Shown: positions 7,158-16,264 of the stretch, piece after piece | Layout: every line of letters begins with the position of its first letter | Position numbering within the stretch: the first letter of the stretch is position 1 | Source of the DNA: a virus | Taxonomy: Duplodnaviria; Heunggongvirae; Uroviricota; Caudoviricetes | Length of the DNA stretch: 40,326 nucleotides | Virus record (IMG/VR): IMGVR_UViG_2531839665_000018 | Reading direction: 5' to 3' (one strand) | Notes under the pieces: model-generated | What the model was told of the DNA's origin: nothing | Seen by the model: the letters and a program-made list of their open reading frames with translations, nothing else | The model's database searches: none | Translations under genes and position numbers: made by a program

Positions 7158-9980
7158 ATGACGGCAGAGTACATCAGGGACTGGCAACAACCGCGCCACG
7201 CAGTGGGGCGTGAAGGAACGGGGATCCCCGCTCCTGAATCCGCGCTTTCCTCCTGGCTGGATGCTTACCGGGTAGAGAACGAGCGCCGCCAGGAAATGGC
7301 TGACGCGGCGTTCTCCGCCACACCGCTGGGCAACCTGATTAATAAAAGCCTGGACGCACAGGAAAAGCAGGACAAAACCATCACACTGGCCAGAGAAGCC
7401 AGAAAACAGGCACGCGGTGCGGTGGATGAAGCCATGGCCTCGCTGCGCCTGCTGCCGTCCTATCTGCGCGATCCGCTTATTCGCCACCTCTCCTTCCTGC
7501 GCAAAAAACAGGAAGCCGATCGCCGGAAAGGCAAAAAGAGCTGGCAGGCGGAACGCTATGCACGCGGAACCCTGCGCAAAATATTGGAACGTCTGGCCCG
7601 CACTGACGGACGCTGGCTGACTCCGGGTTATCGCTCCCTTGCCGGACGTGAACGTCTGGACGATTTACTTTACCTGCCGCAGCTCAACAAACACCAGATA
7701 CAGACACTGGCCGTCATGACGGCGGCAATGTTCAGCAGCACCTTCGAAAAACTCTGCGATGGCTTTGGCGCGACCGATGGCGAGCTGACCATGGATATAA
7801 CGCTGAAGGCGTATCAGCTGCTGGCTCGCATGGCGTTACATCTGCACACAGTGCCTCCGCATTATGACGCACTGACAACAGACAAAGACCGGAGGAACGA
7901 ACCGGACACAGAACTGCTGCCGGGTGCAATCCTTCGCCTGACCTGTGCGGACTGGTGGAAACGCAAATTGTGGCTTTTACGTTGCGAATGGAGAGAGGAA
8001 CAACTCCGCGCTGCCTGTCTGGTTTCCAGAAAAACATCCCCCTATCTGAGTCAGGATGCATTAAGTGAATTTCGCGCACAGCGCGAGAAAACACGCGATT
8101 TCCTGAAAAGTTTCATGCTGGAAAATGAAGACGGGTTCACGATTGATCTCGAGACAGTGTATTACGCGGGAGTAAGTAACCCGGTTCACCGTAAGGCAGA
8201 AATGATGGCCACCATGAAGGGGCTGGAACTTCTGGCCGAAGCCCGTGGCGACAAAGCGGTGTTTCTGACTGTCACCTGCCCGTCAAAATACCACGCTACA
8301 ACAGAGAACGGTCATCCGAATCCCAAATGGAACGGGGCCACCATGCGCGACTCCAGCGATTACCTGGTTAACACGTTTTTTGCGGCGGTCCGCAAGAAAC
8401 TGAACCGCGACGGCCTGCGCTGGTATGGCATCCGCACGGTGGAGCCTCACCATGACGGCACCGTGCACTGGCATATGATGGTCTTTGCTCATCCGGAAGA
8501 AATCGACACCATTGTGTCCCACACCCGCGATATTGCCATTCAGGAAGATCGTCACGAGCTGGGCGATGATATTACTCCGCGCTTTAAGGCGGAGTATGTC
8601 GACGGCTCAAAAGGCACGCCAACCAGCTACATCGCCACCTACATCGGAAAAAACCTGGACAGCCGCGCCGTGGATGGCATCGACCCGAAAACAGGCAAAC
8701 CACGCGTTGACCACGAAACCGGAAAATCAATGACCGAGAGCGTGGAACGCGCCATTGGCTGGGCGCGCCTTCACCGGGTCCGCCAGTTCCAGTTCTTTGG
8801 CATCCCCTCCCGTCAGGTGTGGCGTGAACTGCGTCGCCTTGCCAGCCAGATGGCACGCAACCCGGAAGGCCCGCAACGGCTGAAGGATGACGCAATGGAT
8901 GCGGTTCTTGCTGCCGCTGATGCCGGATGTTTTGCCACCTACATTGAGAAACAGGGAGGCGTACTTGTTCCACGCAAGGACTACCTGATTCGCACCGCCT
9001 ACGACCTCGCAGATGAGCTGAACGATTACGGCGAACAGAGCGTACAGATTTACGGGATCTGGTCACCACTCATCGGGGAATCCTCCCGTGTGTGCACGCA
9101 CCCGGATAACTGGAAGCTGGTAAGACGTAAACCGGGAGTAGAAGACAGCGCCCGCGAAAATGGTTTTGACCTTCAGGGCGGCCCTGCCGCCCCTTGGACT
9201 CGTGGCAATAACTGTCCCCGTGTACAGGAAACGGACAACAACGGGGCAGAACAGCCGGAAGAACGGCCAGCACCGTGGCCGCAGCTCCCTGACGGCGTTG
9301 AAGTGAACGAATGGATGCGCTCACTGAAACGGCACGAACGCCGGGCGCTGATGCGTTCGCTTCGTGACAAACAGGCAAAAAACAGCAGTGATGAAATGCA
9401 GAGCTGGACACAGAGCCGCAAACAGCAGCGGCCTTTGCCTGATAACCACGAATTACTCGCTAAAGAATGGCGGGAGTCTGCCGAATCTCTCGGCCTGCAT
9501 ATCGGTGAACAGCAGATGCAGCACCTGCTACGGGGCGGCAGCCTGTACGTTGACGGCAGCATCATTGCACCGCAGGGATATGAAATTGTACGCAAACCGG
9601 ATACCCGCCCGGACAGCCGAATCACGCAGCTCTGGCAGCACCTGAGCCGTAATCACGGCGTAAGCAGCACGGAGATCCGCCATAACCCGGTCGCCAGCTA
9701 TCTGGCACAGCTGGGGGCATCAGACCCCGGAGCCGCCGCACGCCTGGCATCCGCACTTCAGCAGGACCAGAACACCATGAAAACACCCGTTACCGTGCTT
9801 TCTGACATGCTGCGCGCCATCCGCGGCGCAGAGCACGCACAGAGAATCAGTGAAACCACTGAACGCGCCAGCCGCAAAGCAGACCTGCTGCAGGGTGGCC
9901 TGACCAGTGGAAACAAAAAACAGACAGAAACGGGACTCACGAATCCCGTAAATGAGCAAAAAACGCGCAGCGATATATGA
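7158..9980 (+). CDS. A: Rolling-circle replication initiation endonuclease (P2 gpA family) with a ~200-aa C-terminal extension
   Basis: Conserved HUH-type core: VEPHHDGTVHWHMMVFAHPEE and tyrosine-bearing SYIATYIGKNL; 940 aa, longer than typical A proteins. Confidence 0.85.
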   Translation: MTAEYIRDWQQPRHAVGREGTGIPAPESALSSWLDAYRVENERRQEMADAAFSATPLGNLINKSLDAQEKQDKTITLAREARKQARGAVDEAMASLRLLPSYLRDPLIRHLSFLRKKQEADRRKGKKSWQAERYARGTLRKILERLARTDGRWLTPGYRSLAGRERLDDLLYLPQLNKHQIQTLAVMTAAMFSSTFEKLCDGFGATDGELTMDITLKAYQLLARMALHLHTVPPHYDALTTDKDRRNEPDTELLPGAILRLTCADWWKRKLWLLRCEWREEQLRAACLVSRKTSPYLSQDALSEFRAQREKTRDFLKSFMLENEDGFTIDLETVYYAGVSNPVHRKAEMMATMKGLELLAEARGDKAVFLTVTCPSKYHATTENGHPNPKWNGATMRDSSDYLVNTFFAAVRKKLNRDGLRWYGIRTVEPHHDGTVHWHMMVFAHPEEIDTIVSHTRDIAIQEDRHELGDDITPRFKAEYVDGSKGTPTSYIATYIGKNLDSRAVDGIDPKTGKPRVDHETGKSMTESVERAIGWARLHRVRQFQFFGIPSRQVWRELRRLASQMARNPEGPQRLKDDAMDAVLAAADAGCFATYIEKQGGVLVPRKDYLIRTAYDLADELNDYGEQSVQIYGIWSPLIGESSRVCTHPDNWKLVRRKPGVEDSARENGFDLQGGPAAPWTRGNNCPRVQETDNNGAEQPEERPAPWPQLPDGVEVNEWMRSLKRHERRALMRSLRDKQAKNSSDEMQSWTQSRKQQRPLPDNHELLAKEWRESAESLGLHIGEQQMQHLLRGGSLYVDGSIIAPQGYEIVRKPDTRPDSRITQLWQHLSRNHGVSSTEIRHNPVASYLAQLGASDPGAAARLASALQQDQNTMKTPVTVLSDMLRAIRGAEHAQRISETTERASRKADLLQGGLTSGNKKQTETGLTNPVNEQKTRSDI

Positions 9981-10028
9981 AGCGCGCACAAAACAGGCAA
10001 AAACGGGATTTCAGAATCCCGTAAACGA
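9913..10028. repeat. Two ~42-bp direct repeats (9913-9956, 9987-10028), each with a 6-bp inverted repeat ACGGGA-N8-TCCCGT
   Basis: Read directly; copy 1 is inside the 3' end of A, copy 2 is intergenic just upstream of the ParM-like gene. Confidence 0.6.
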
Positions 10029-10056
10029 TTAATTAATCAACATAAGGAAAAGCGAC

Positions 10057-11016
10057 ATGAAAATTTGTATCGACGACGGCTCCACCAACATCAAGCTGGC
10101 ATGGACTGAGAACGGCGAACGCCGCAACGCCATCAGCCCGAACAGCTTCAAGTCGGAATGGTCTGCGCCGTTCGGTGGCACGCAGCCCGCGAACTACATG
10201 CTTGATGGCGTGCGCTATGGTTTTGATCCGGTCAGCGATCGCTTTGTCCAGACGACCGACACGCAATACCAATACAGTGATGTGAATGTCATTGCCATTC
10301 ATCACGCGCTGGTCAAATCAGGCATCACGCCACAGGAGGTGGATGTGGTTGTTACCCTGCCACTGAGCGAGTATTTCGACACAAACGCACAGCCGGACAT
10401 AGCCAACATCAACCGCAAAAAAGCGAACGTTATGCGCCCGGTGGAGTACCAGAACGGCGAAGCATTCACTATCCGTAACGTGCGGGTTATGCCTGAATCC
10501 ATTCCGGCTGGCTTTAAGGCACTGGCTGACATGAGTCCGTTTGAATCCCTGCTGATTGTGGATTTGGGCGGAACCACGCTGGATGTGGCAAAGGTTCAGG
10601 GGCAGCTGGCAGGTATCAGCCAGGTGTTTTGCGATCCACACGTAGGCGTTTCCCTGATGGCTGATGCCGTGCTGTCGGTGATGGCCACTAACGGTATGCG
10701 TACCAGTCACCACATCGCCAATACCATTATTGAGCACCGTCACGATGAAGCCTGGCTGCGCCAGCACATTCACAATGACGCGCATTACAACAGCCTGATG
10801 GCGGTTATTCGTGAAAAGGAGGAGACACTGAAACAACGAGTGATCCGCGCGCTGGCGGGTTTTTCCGGTTACGGGCGGGTGATGGTTGTCGGTGGAGGGG
10901 CGGAGATTGTGGCACCCGCTATCCGCGAAGCCTGCGGAGTTAATGCGACTTTCATCACGGACGGGGTGCCACAGTTTGCTCTGGTTAATGGGCTGTACGC
11001 AATGAACAAGGAGTAA
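10057..11016 (+). CDS. parM: ParM/StbA-family actin-like segregation ATPase
   Basis: Characteristic motifs along the whole length: IDDGSTNIKLAW, ISPNSFKSEW, YSDVNVIAIHHAL, VMPESIPAG, LLIVDLGGTTLD, FSGYGRVMVVGGGAE, LVNGLY. Confidence 0.85.
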   Translation: MKICIDDGSTNIKLAWTENGERRNAISPNSFKSEWSAPFGGTQPANYMLDGVRYGFDPVSDRFVQTTDTQYQYSDVNVIAIHHALVKSGITPQEVDVVVTLPLSEYFDTNAQPDIANINRKKANVMRPVEYQNGEAFTIRNVRVMPESIPAGFKALADMSPFESLLIVDLGGTTLDVAKVQGQLAGISQVFCDPHVGVSLMADAVLSVMATNGMRTSHHIANTIIEHRHDEAWLRQHIHNDAHYNSLMAVIREKEETLKQRVIRALAGFSGYGRVMVVGGGAEIVAPAIREACGVNATFITDGVPQFALVNGLYAMNKE

Positions 11017-11020
11017 ACCA

Positions 11021-11332
11021 ATGACGACACCAACCAGAAGAATAAGTTTCTATCTGAAGCCAGCTGCCGTCAAGAACGAAGGAGAAGCATGCGCCTGGCT
11101 GGACAGCCTTACACCAGAAGCCCGCAAAAGCGGCCAACGCGTGGCTTTTCTGGCCGGGCTGGCACTTCTGAAGACGAATCCGGCAGAGGCTTACCGACTG
11201 GCCGCATGGGCTGATGATGAGATGTTACCTGTGACACAAATCAGCTCAAAAAAGTTTGACGCACAGTCTGCACCAGTGGCTAAGATAACCAGCCAGATGG
11301 CTGGGAATATCCGGGCGTTATTTCCTGAGTAA
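11021..11332 (+). CDS. parR: ParR-like partition adaptor
   Basis: 103-aa ORF 4 bp downstream of parM; N-terminal pattern RRISFYLKP...LDSL...LAGLALL resembles ParR; call also rests on synteny. Confidence 0.55.
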   Translation: MTTPTRRISFYLKPAAVKNEGEACAWLDSLTPEARKSGQRVAFLAGLALLKTNPAEAYRLAAWADDEMLPVTQISSKKFDAQSAPVAKITSQMAGNIRALFPE

Positions 11333-11460
11333 AAGCATCTGCGCGAAAAATGCTCACATTTATAGAAACAGTATCATTCCATTTGGCGCACTTACTTCAA
11401 TAATCGATCTGTTAAACAAATAGATTGTCTATTATCTATCGATTAAAACGATCAATTATC

Positions 11461-11488
11461 TTGACAGTAATGTGCCTTTTTGTAAGAT
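11461..11488 (+). promoter_or_regulatory. Candidate sigma70 promoter (-35 TTGACA, 16-nt spacer, -10 TAAGAT) with GATC overlapping the -10
   Basis: Read directly; AT-rich upstream region with further GATC sites at about 11406 and 11450. Confidence 0.4.
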
Positions 11489-11696
11489 CGTTCGCATTGT
11501 GAGCGACAAGATAATTGCGCGGCATTGTCCATGCAAAACGCCCCAATAGCAGCAACTATTGGGGCGTAGAACTCGGTCGGACTCACTTAACCTGATATGC
11601 GTGCCTTCCGAAGTAAATCAAAATGTGCGTCGTATATTTTATTGCTTACACGCACCTCTGTAAAGGCACGCATATTTTTCCTATGAGGTAAATAAA

Positions 11697-11966
11697 GTGC
11701 GGGCTAAAACAGGTATTTGCAAGAACCCTCATCGTTATAACCCAACATTTCTGTCTCTCCCTGAATATCAAGGACAAGAAGGTCGGCACAAATGCGCTGC
11801 CTGTGCTTTTGAGCTAGGCATAAAAGATGCGCTTGAAGGACGCGCTATGGCTCAGAATGATTTAGTTTTAGCTAACATTCCGTTTAGCCAGGCTGGAACT
11901 GTAAGGCACAGAGATGCTTATGAAGCATATGTTCGTGGTTGGCGATTAATACACAGCAACAATTGA
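11697..11966 (+). CDS. Hypothetical small Cys/His-containing protein
   Basis: 89-aa ORF, GTG start with RBS GAGG; Cys/His cluster CKNPH...HKCAACAFE; followed directly by a strong terminator. Confidence 0.4.
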   Translation: MRAKTGICKNPHRYNPTFLSLPEYQGQEGRHKCAACAFELGIKDALEGRAMAQNDLVLANIPFSQAGTVRHRDAYEAYVRGWRLIHSNN

Positions 11967-11973
11967 TATTTTT

Positions 11974-11999
11974 AAAGCGCCGATAAGGCGCTTTTTTTT
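11974..11999 (+). terminator. Intrinsic terminator
   Basis: AAAGCGCC-GATAA-GGCGCTTT stem-loop followed by TTTTT. Confidence 0.6.
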
Positions 12000-12160
12000 G
12001 TTTGCACGATAGTGCACAAGTTTGCACAATTTTTTTGAACGACTTTTTGTACTTCCGGCCCGCGTGGCGGCTGGATCCGTCAAGGATCCGTACGTGCACA
12101 AAAAACACGTTTTTTCTACGCGCAGGTGACGGGGGAACAGCCCGCGTTTCAGGGGGTAAA
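12000..12160. other. Candidate cos/packaging region
   Basis: Position (between the accessory region and the 3' end of portal gene Q) matches P2/186 cos; repeats TTTGCAC x3, GGATCCGT x2, palindrome AAAAAACACGTTTTTT; G-rich segment CGCAGGTGACGGGGGAACAGC (12121-12141) loosely resembles the P2-family cohesive-end motif as recalled from memory. Exact cos not identified. Confidence 0.25.
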
Positions 12161-12452
12161 TAGCATTCCCTGAACGATGTCGCAGCGACACAACAGAATG
12201 GCTGTATTTCTCACGCTGAGCGTGAAAAAGGCGTGAGGGCTTTTGATTTGATGGGGTGAAAGGTAAGGCCGTCAAAATCGCACTGAGGCGGCGAGAACAT
12301 ACAGTCAACGCGGTGGGATTGCGTAAGAGTCTGACCGTCGATGGTGGCGATAAACTGGAAGGCGTCGTGAAATTATCTGACTGATACAGGAGCTGGAGAG
12401 TCGGGGCATAAATTTTTTATGCCCCGGCGAAGCAGCAGACAAGCGAAGCGCG

Positions 12453-13499
12453 TCAGGATGTGGGCTGGGTGTCTAACAGTGCGTAAGGGTTAAAGCGGAT
12501 CACCTCTTCGCCAAGCCAGTCATTGATGTGCTTCATGGCCTCCATGACGGGCATCAGCTCGTTAATTGCGTAAACCCGCGCAGCCTTCTCCACATCACCA
12601 AACGCACTTTTTTCGCCCGGCATCGCCCCCATCAGTTGCGGCGGAACGCGGTGCGCAGCCAGCACATCATCACGGGATGCCGCCTTAACATTCATGAACT
12701 CATCCTTTGCGGTGATCTGCTGGAACGGCAAAATTTGCACCCCCTCTTTGCCCCCGTTGGGCGCATGAATGAGCACGTTTTTAAACGCACCGCCACCACG
12801 TGCACCCTGTAGCGTTTCTTTCAGGGAGTCCATGCTTTCGCGGTTTACCTGCGCTGCACCGATGTAGATGATGCACCCGGCGTGGGATCCATTGTCGTAA
12901 TACAGTTTTCTGAACATGTCCGCCGAATGAGACAGGCTGGCCGAGAGTAATGCGCCGAGATATTCCGGCATGCCGTAAATTTCCTGGTTAATGTCCGGAT
13001 TCATCAGGTGGCACACTTTGCCAGGGCGAAACTGAAACGCGTCCTTGCCATCCTGCACATACCACCATGATTCAAGATCGCTTCCGCGTCGCATGTATTT
13101 CGCCAGTGCGTGCCGTAATTTAAGTGGTTCGCCGAGCATATTGCTCCGAAGCTCAAGGAATGCGTTACCGAACACAAACCAGTCCAGCGCCAGCGCCGAG
13201 AAATCCTGCCGGGAAAGCAGCGGGTGCGGGATGTAGCAACCGAGCAATACATTGCGCTTAAAGTAAAGCGCAGACTGATGCCAGGACGTTTGCCGGGCGG
13301 CTCTTGCCAGACCGTACCAGTCCACCGGGGTTTCATACCACCGCCCGTTATCAGCACAGTACATATTGTCCAGCAGGTCATGCCCGGTCAGGCGATAAGG
13401 ACCATCAAATGTGAATGCACTGAGCGATGATTCTTTCCTGAGCGCATCAGCGAGATCAATGCGTGAACTCATGCGCACTTTTTTATTTTTTCTGCTCAT
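12453..13499 (-). CDS. Q: Capsid portal protein (P2 gpQ family)
   Basis: 348 aa; position and strand (leftward, paired with terminase P) as in P2. Confidence 0.85.
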   Translation of the reverse strand: MSRKNKKVRMSSRIDLADALRKESSLSAFTFDGPYRLTGHDLLDNMYCADNGRWYETPVDWYGLARAARQTSWHQSALYFKRNVLLGCYIPHPLLSRQDFSALALDWFVFGNAFLELRSNMLGEPLKLRHALAKYMRRGSDLESWWYVQDGKDAFQFRPGKVCHLMNPDINQEIYGMPEYLGALLSASLSHSADMFRKLYYDNGSHAGCIIYIGAAQVNRESMDSLKETLQGARGGGAFKNVLIHAPNGGKEGVQILPFQQITAKDEFMNVKAASRDDVLAAHRVPPQLMGAMPGEKSAFGDVEKAARVYAINELMPVMEAMKHINDWLGEEVIRFNPYALLDTQPTS

Positions 13500-15250
13500 C
13501 AGAACTCCATAACCGTGAAACGCTCGTTTTCTCCTTCGCCGCCAATTGGTTCGTTAATGACAGCAAGCATGGTTGCCCACGCAAGGTCGCCGTGGCTGAT
13601 CCCCCTCGCGCGGTCCGTTTCGTAAGTGATAAAGCCGCCCGGTGTTTTCACCTTACGCACGGCGTTAAAGGCCGCGACCAGCTCGCGTTCGGCGCGATCG
13701 TATTCCCACCGTCCGGCACGCATTATTTGCAGCATTTTCAGTACCAGCGACCGTTTTGATGACAGCGTGAAGGTGTACGGAATAGCGGCAGGGAAAAACC
13801 GCTTCACTATCTGATAAACAGCCTCCCCGTTCCCGCCCGTCACATCAATGCCGATGTGTTCCACGTTGTAGCGACACGTGAACTCTTCAATGACTCTGGC
13901 CTGTTCTTCAAACTCCAGCCCCTGAACGCGTCGCGTCTCCACCGTTCGAAAACGGCCACCAGGAACAGCCGGAGGAACCACCACGGACACAGCGCCGCTG
14001 TCCCCGTTGCCACTGCTGCCGTTTGCGTCATACCCAATCCATACCGGACGATTCCCCATCGGGCGGGGAGCAAAAGGTTTCCAGTCTTTCCAGTCGTCGT
14101 ATCCGTCAACACCGCAGCCAATCAGGATATTCAGGTTAAATGCCGATTCCCCTTCGCGAACAAACTCACACATATAGAGATTGAGGAACTCGTCTTCGGT
14201 GTTTTCATCACGGATTTCGTCAATATCGGTGTGTTTCCAGCCGTGATTAACCACATCTTCCAGCGTGACAATTTGCCGCCACGTCCGGTCAGGGCAGATA
14301 AGCCCGTTATGCAGCGTTTTCCAGTCCACAGAAAAACGCTGGCGTTTATGCGAGGCCTTTTTCTCGTTCCAGCGGTCGCCGTTCCAGTAGGCGTATGCCT
14401 CGTGCGTTTCGGTGGATGGCGTGGAGAAGTAGGTGCGCCGCAGTCCGCTGAGGGTTGCCATAGCGCCAGCCACCTTGCGCAGTTCGGCAAAGCGACTGAC
14501 CCAGAAAAATTCATCAAAATAAAAATTGCCCGTATAGGACTGTGCCGACGCAGCAGAAGTGCCGAGAAAATGCAGCTCTGCGCCGTTTGAGAGGATGATT
14601 TTATCGCCCCCTTTCAGCTCCACATCAACTTCAGCCGCGGCCTTCTGAATAATGCTTTTAAACTGGAACGCCTGACGACGCGACGCAGACAAAAAAATCT
14701 GGTTACGCTGGTAAGGTTGCGCCACATCGTCACGCAGCGCCATCAGCAGTGCTTCCTGTGCAAAATACCAGGTCGCCCCAATCTGTCGGGATTTCAGGAT
14801 CATCCTGTTACGTATCCCGGCTTCCCTGCAAAGGGTCAGGGAGTCAAACCAGCCCCGCTGATGCCACTCCAGCCTGCTGATGATTTTTTCCCGCAGTGCG
14901 GCAATCTGTTCCGGCGTGAAATGATTTTTGAGTTTTTTCGCCCGGCCTTTCTTTCCTGTGGCCGTCGCATCCGGCTGGCCATCATGCAGTTTTTTAAGCT
15001 GCCGGGTCAGCAGGTCTATTTCCTTGAAGTCACCACCTGTTTTATTCTGTTTTTCAGTGAGCTGGATGAGGCGCGCATCGATGGACTGCGTGACACGCTG
15101 CACGGGTGGCGTTTCATCCCACTGGTCGCGTTTTTTCCACGCATAAATCGTGTTCGGGTTTATTCCCATCAGACGTGATATTTCTGCGGGCGGATAACCC
15201 TGCCAGTAAAGTTGCCGCGCACGCTGGCGCACAAAAGCGTCCTGAATCAT
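13499..15250 (-). CDS. P: Terminase large subunit, ATPase (P2 gpP family)
   Basis: 583 aa, N-terminus MIQDAFVRQRARQLYWQGYPPAEISRLMGI; overlaps the Q start; divergent from O. Confidence 0.9.
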   Translation of the reverse strand: MIQDAFVRQRARQLYWQGYPPAEISRLMGINPNTIYAWKKRDQWDETPPVQRVTQSIDARLIQLTEKQNKTGGDFKEIDLLTRQLKKLHDGQPDATATGKKGRAKKLKNHFTPEQIAALREKIISRLEWHQRGWFDSLTLCREAGIRNRMILKSRQIGATWYFAQEALLMALRDDVAQPYQRNQIFLSASRRQAFQFKSIIQKAAAEVDVELKGGDKIILSNGAELHFLGTSAASAQSYTGNFYFDEFFWVSRFAELRKVAGAMATLSGLRRTYFSTPSTETHEAYAYWNGDRWNEKKASHKRQRFSVDWKTLHNGLICPDRTWRQIVTLEDVVNHGWKHTDIDEIRDENTEDEFLNLYMCEFVREGESAFNLNILIGCGVDGYDDWKDWKPFAPRPMGNRPVWIGYDANGSSGNGDSGAVSVVVPPAVPGGRFRTVETRRVQGLEFEEQARVIEEFTCRYNVEHIGIDVTGGNGEAVYQIVKRFFPAAIPYTFTLSSKRSLVLKMLQIMRAGRWEYDRAERELVAAFNAVRKVKTPGGFITYETDRARGISHGDLAWATMLAVINEPIGGEGENERFTVMEF

Positions 15251-15404
15251 TGCTCCCCCTGAGTAATTACAGGAAGATTACCCGCGCGCGAAACTGTTCT
15301 CCTTAACCCCCTGTTCTGGCCGTTTTCTTACAACAAAAGCCCTTTGTATCAGCCTGTTACGCTTTGCCATCATGACTGAAGAACCAGTCAGAGGGGCAAA
15401 AACT
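15251..15404. promoter_or_regulatory. Divergent late promoter region (P-Q leftward, O onward rightward)
   Basis: Inferred from P2-family architecture; no exact activator-site motif identified. Confidence 0.3.
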
Positions 15405-16241
15405 ATGGCTAATGAAAAAAAGACATCCCGCAAAAAGTTTCGCGTGGCTGTCTCCGGTGTAACGGCAGACGGGCGCGAAATCAACGGCGACATGCTGAAA
15501 GCTGCCGCCACCAGTTATAACCCGTCCGTTTATGGTGCACGTGTGAATATTGAGCACATCCTGTCACCACTCCCCGGTAGCGAGTTTTCCGCTATGGGCG
15601 ATGTTGTGGGGTTGAGCACCGAAGACATAACCGATGGCCCGCTGGCAGGCCGCACGGCACTGTATGCCGAAATTGAGCCGACCGCTCGCATGATGTCCCT
15701 GCTTAACGATGGTAAAAAAATTTACTCCAGTATTGAGCTGGAACCACAGTCAACCATCACGGGAGGCCCTTACCTGCGCGGGCTGGCAATGACCGACACC
15801 CCTGCCAGCCTGGGCACGGAACGTCTGGCCTTTGCGGCACAACAACGTATGCAACTGATGACATTCAACTGTCAGCAGGGAGACGTGGCGATGTTTACCG
15901 CCGCTATGGAGTCAGAACTTATCGAACTCACCGAACAACGTCAGGAAGAAGGCACCCAGTGGTTTAACCGCGTTATGGGGATTATTGGCCGTGGCCGCAA
16001 AGCGGATGACGCCAGTTTCTCCCGTATTCAGGAAGCGGTGGAAGGTGTCGCAACGTCACAGGCCGACATTATCGACCGTTTTAATGTGCTGGAAACCCGC
16101 CATCAGCAGGACAGCCAGAAAATCACTTTACTGACCACAGAGCTGACAGCACTGAAGGAAAAACTGCGCACGCAGGACGGCGATCCGCAGAACCGGTTCA
16201 CCGCAACGGGCGCAGCCTCCGATCAACTGGCTGACTTCTGA
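15405..16241 (+). CDS. O: Capsid scaffolding protein (P2 gpO family)
   Basis: Position between P and N; start placed at the internal Met (MANEKKTSRKK) with RBS GAGGGG; track ORF begins at 15372. Confidence 0.8.
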   Translation: MANEKKTSRKKFRVAVSGVTADGREINGDMLKAAATSYNPSVYGARVNIEHILSPLPGSEFSAMGDVVGLSTEDITDGPLAGRTALYAEIEPTARMMSLLNDGKKIYSSIELEPQSTITGGPYLRGLAMTDTPASLGTERLAFAAQQRMQLMTFNCQQGDVAMFTAAMESELIELTEQRQEEGTQWFNRVMGIIGRGRKADDASFSRIQEAVEGVATSQADIIDRFNVLETRHQQDSQKITLLTTELTALKEKLRTQDGDPQNRFTATGAASDQLADF

Positions 16242-16264
16242 TAAGACAAAGGAGCAAATTTTTT

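Noticed and set aside
6621-7487. 288-aa minus-strand ORF
   Set aside because: Antisense to gene A and the upstream early ORFs; chance ORF in GC-rich coding sequence.
10318-10836. 172-aa minus-strand ORF inside parM
   Set aside because: Antisense to the well-supported ParM CDS; His/Gln-rich low-complexity product.
10057-12450. P2 old or tin homologs in the A-to-Q region
   Set aside because: No ORF of the expected size or with ATPase/nuclease motifs typical of Old; the locus holds parM/parR and a small ORF instead.
13856-14590. 244-aa plus-strand ORF inside terminase gene P
   Set aside because: Antisense to a high-confidence terminase CDS.
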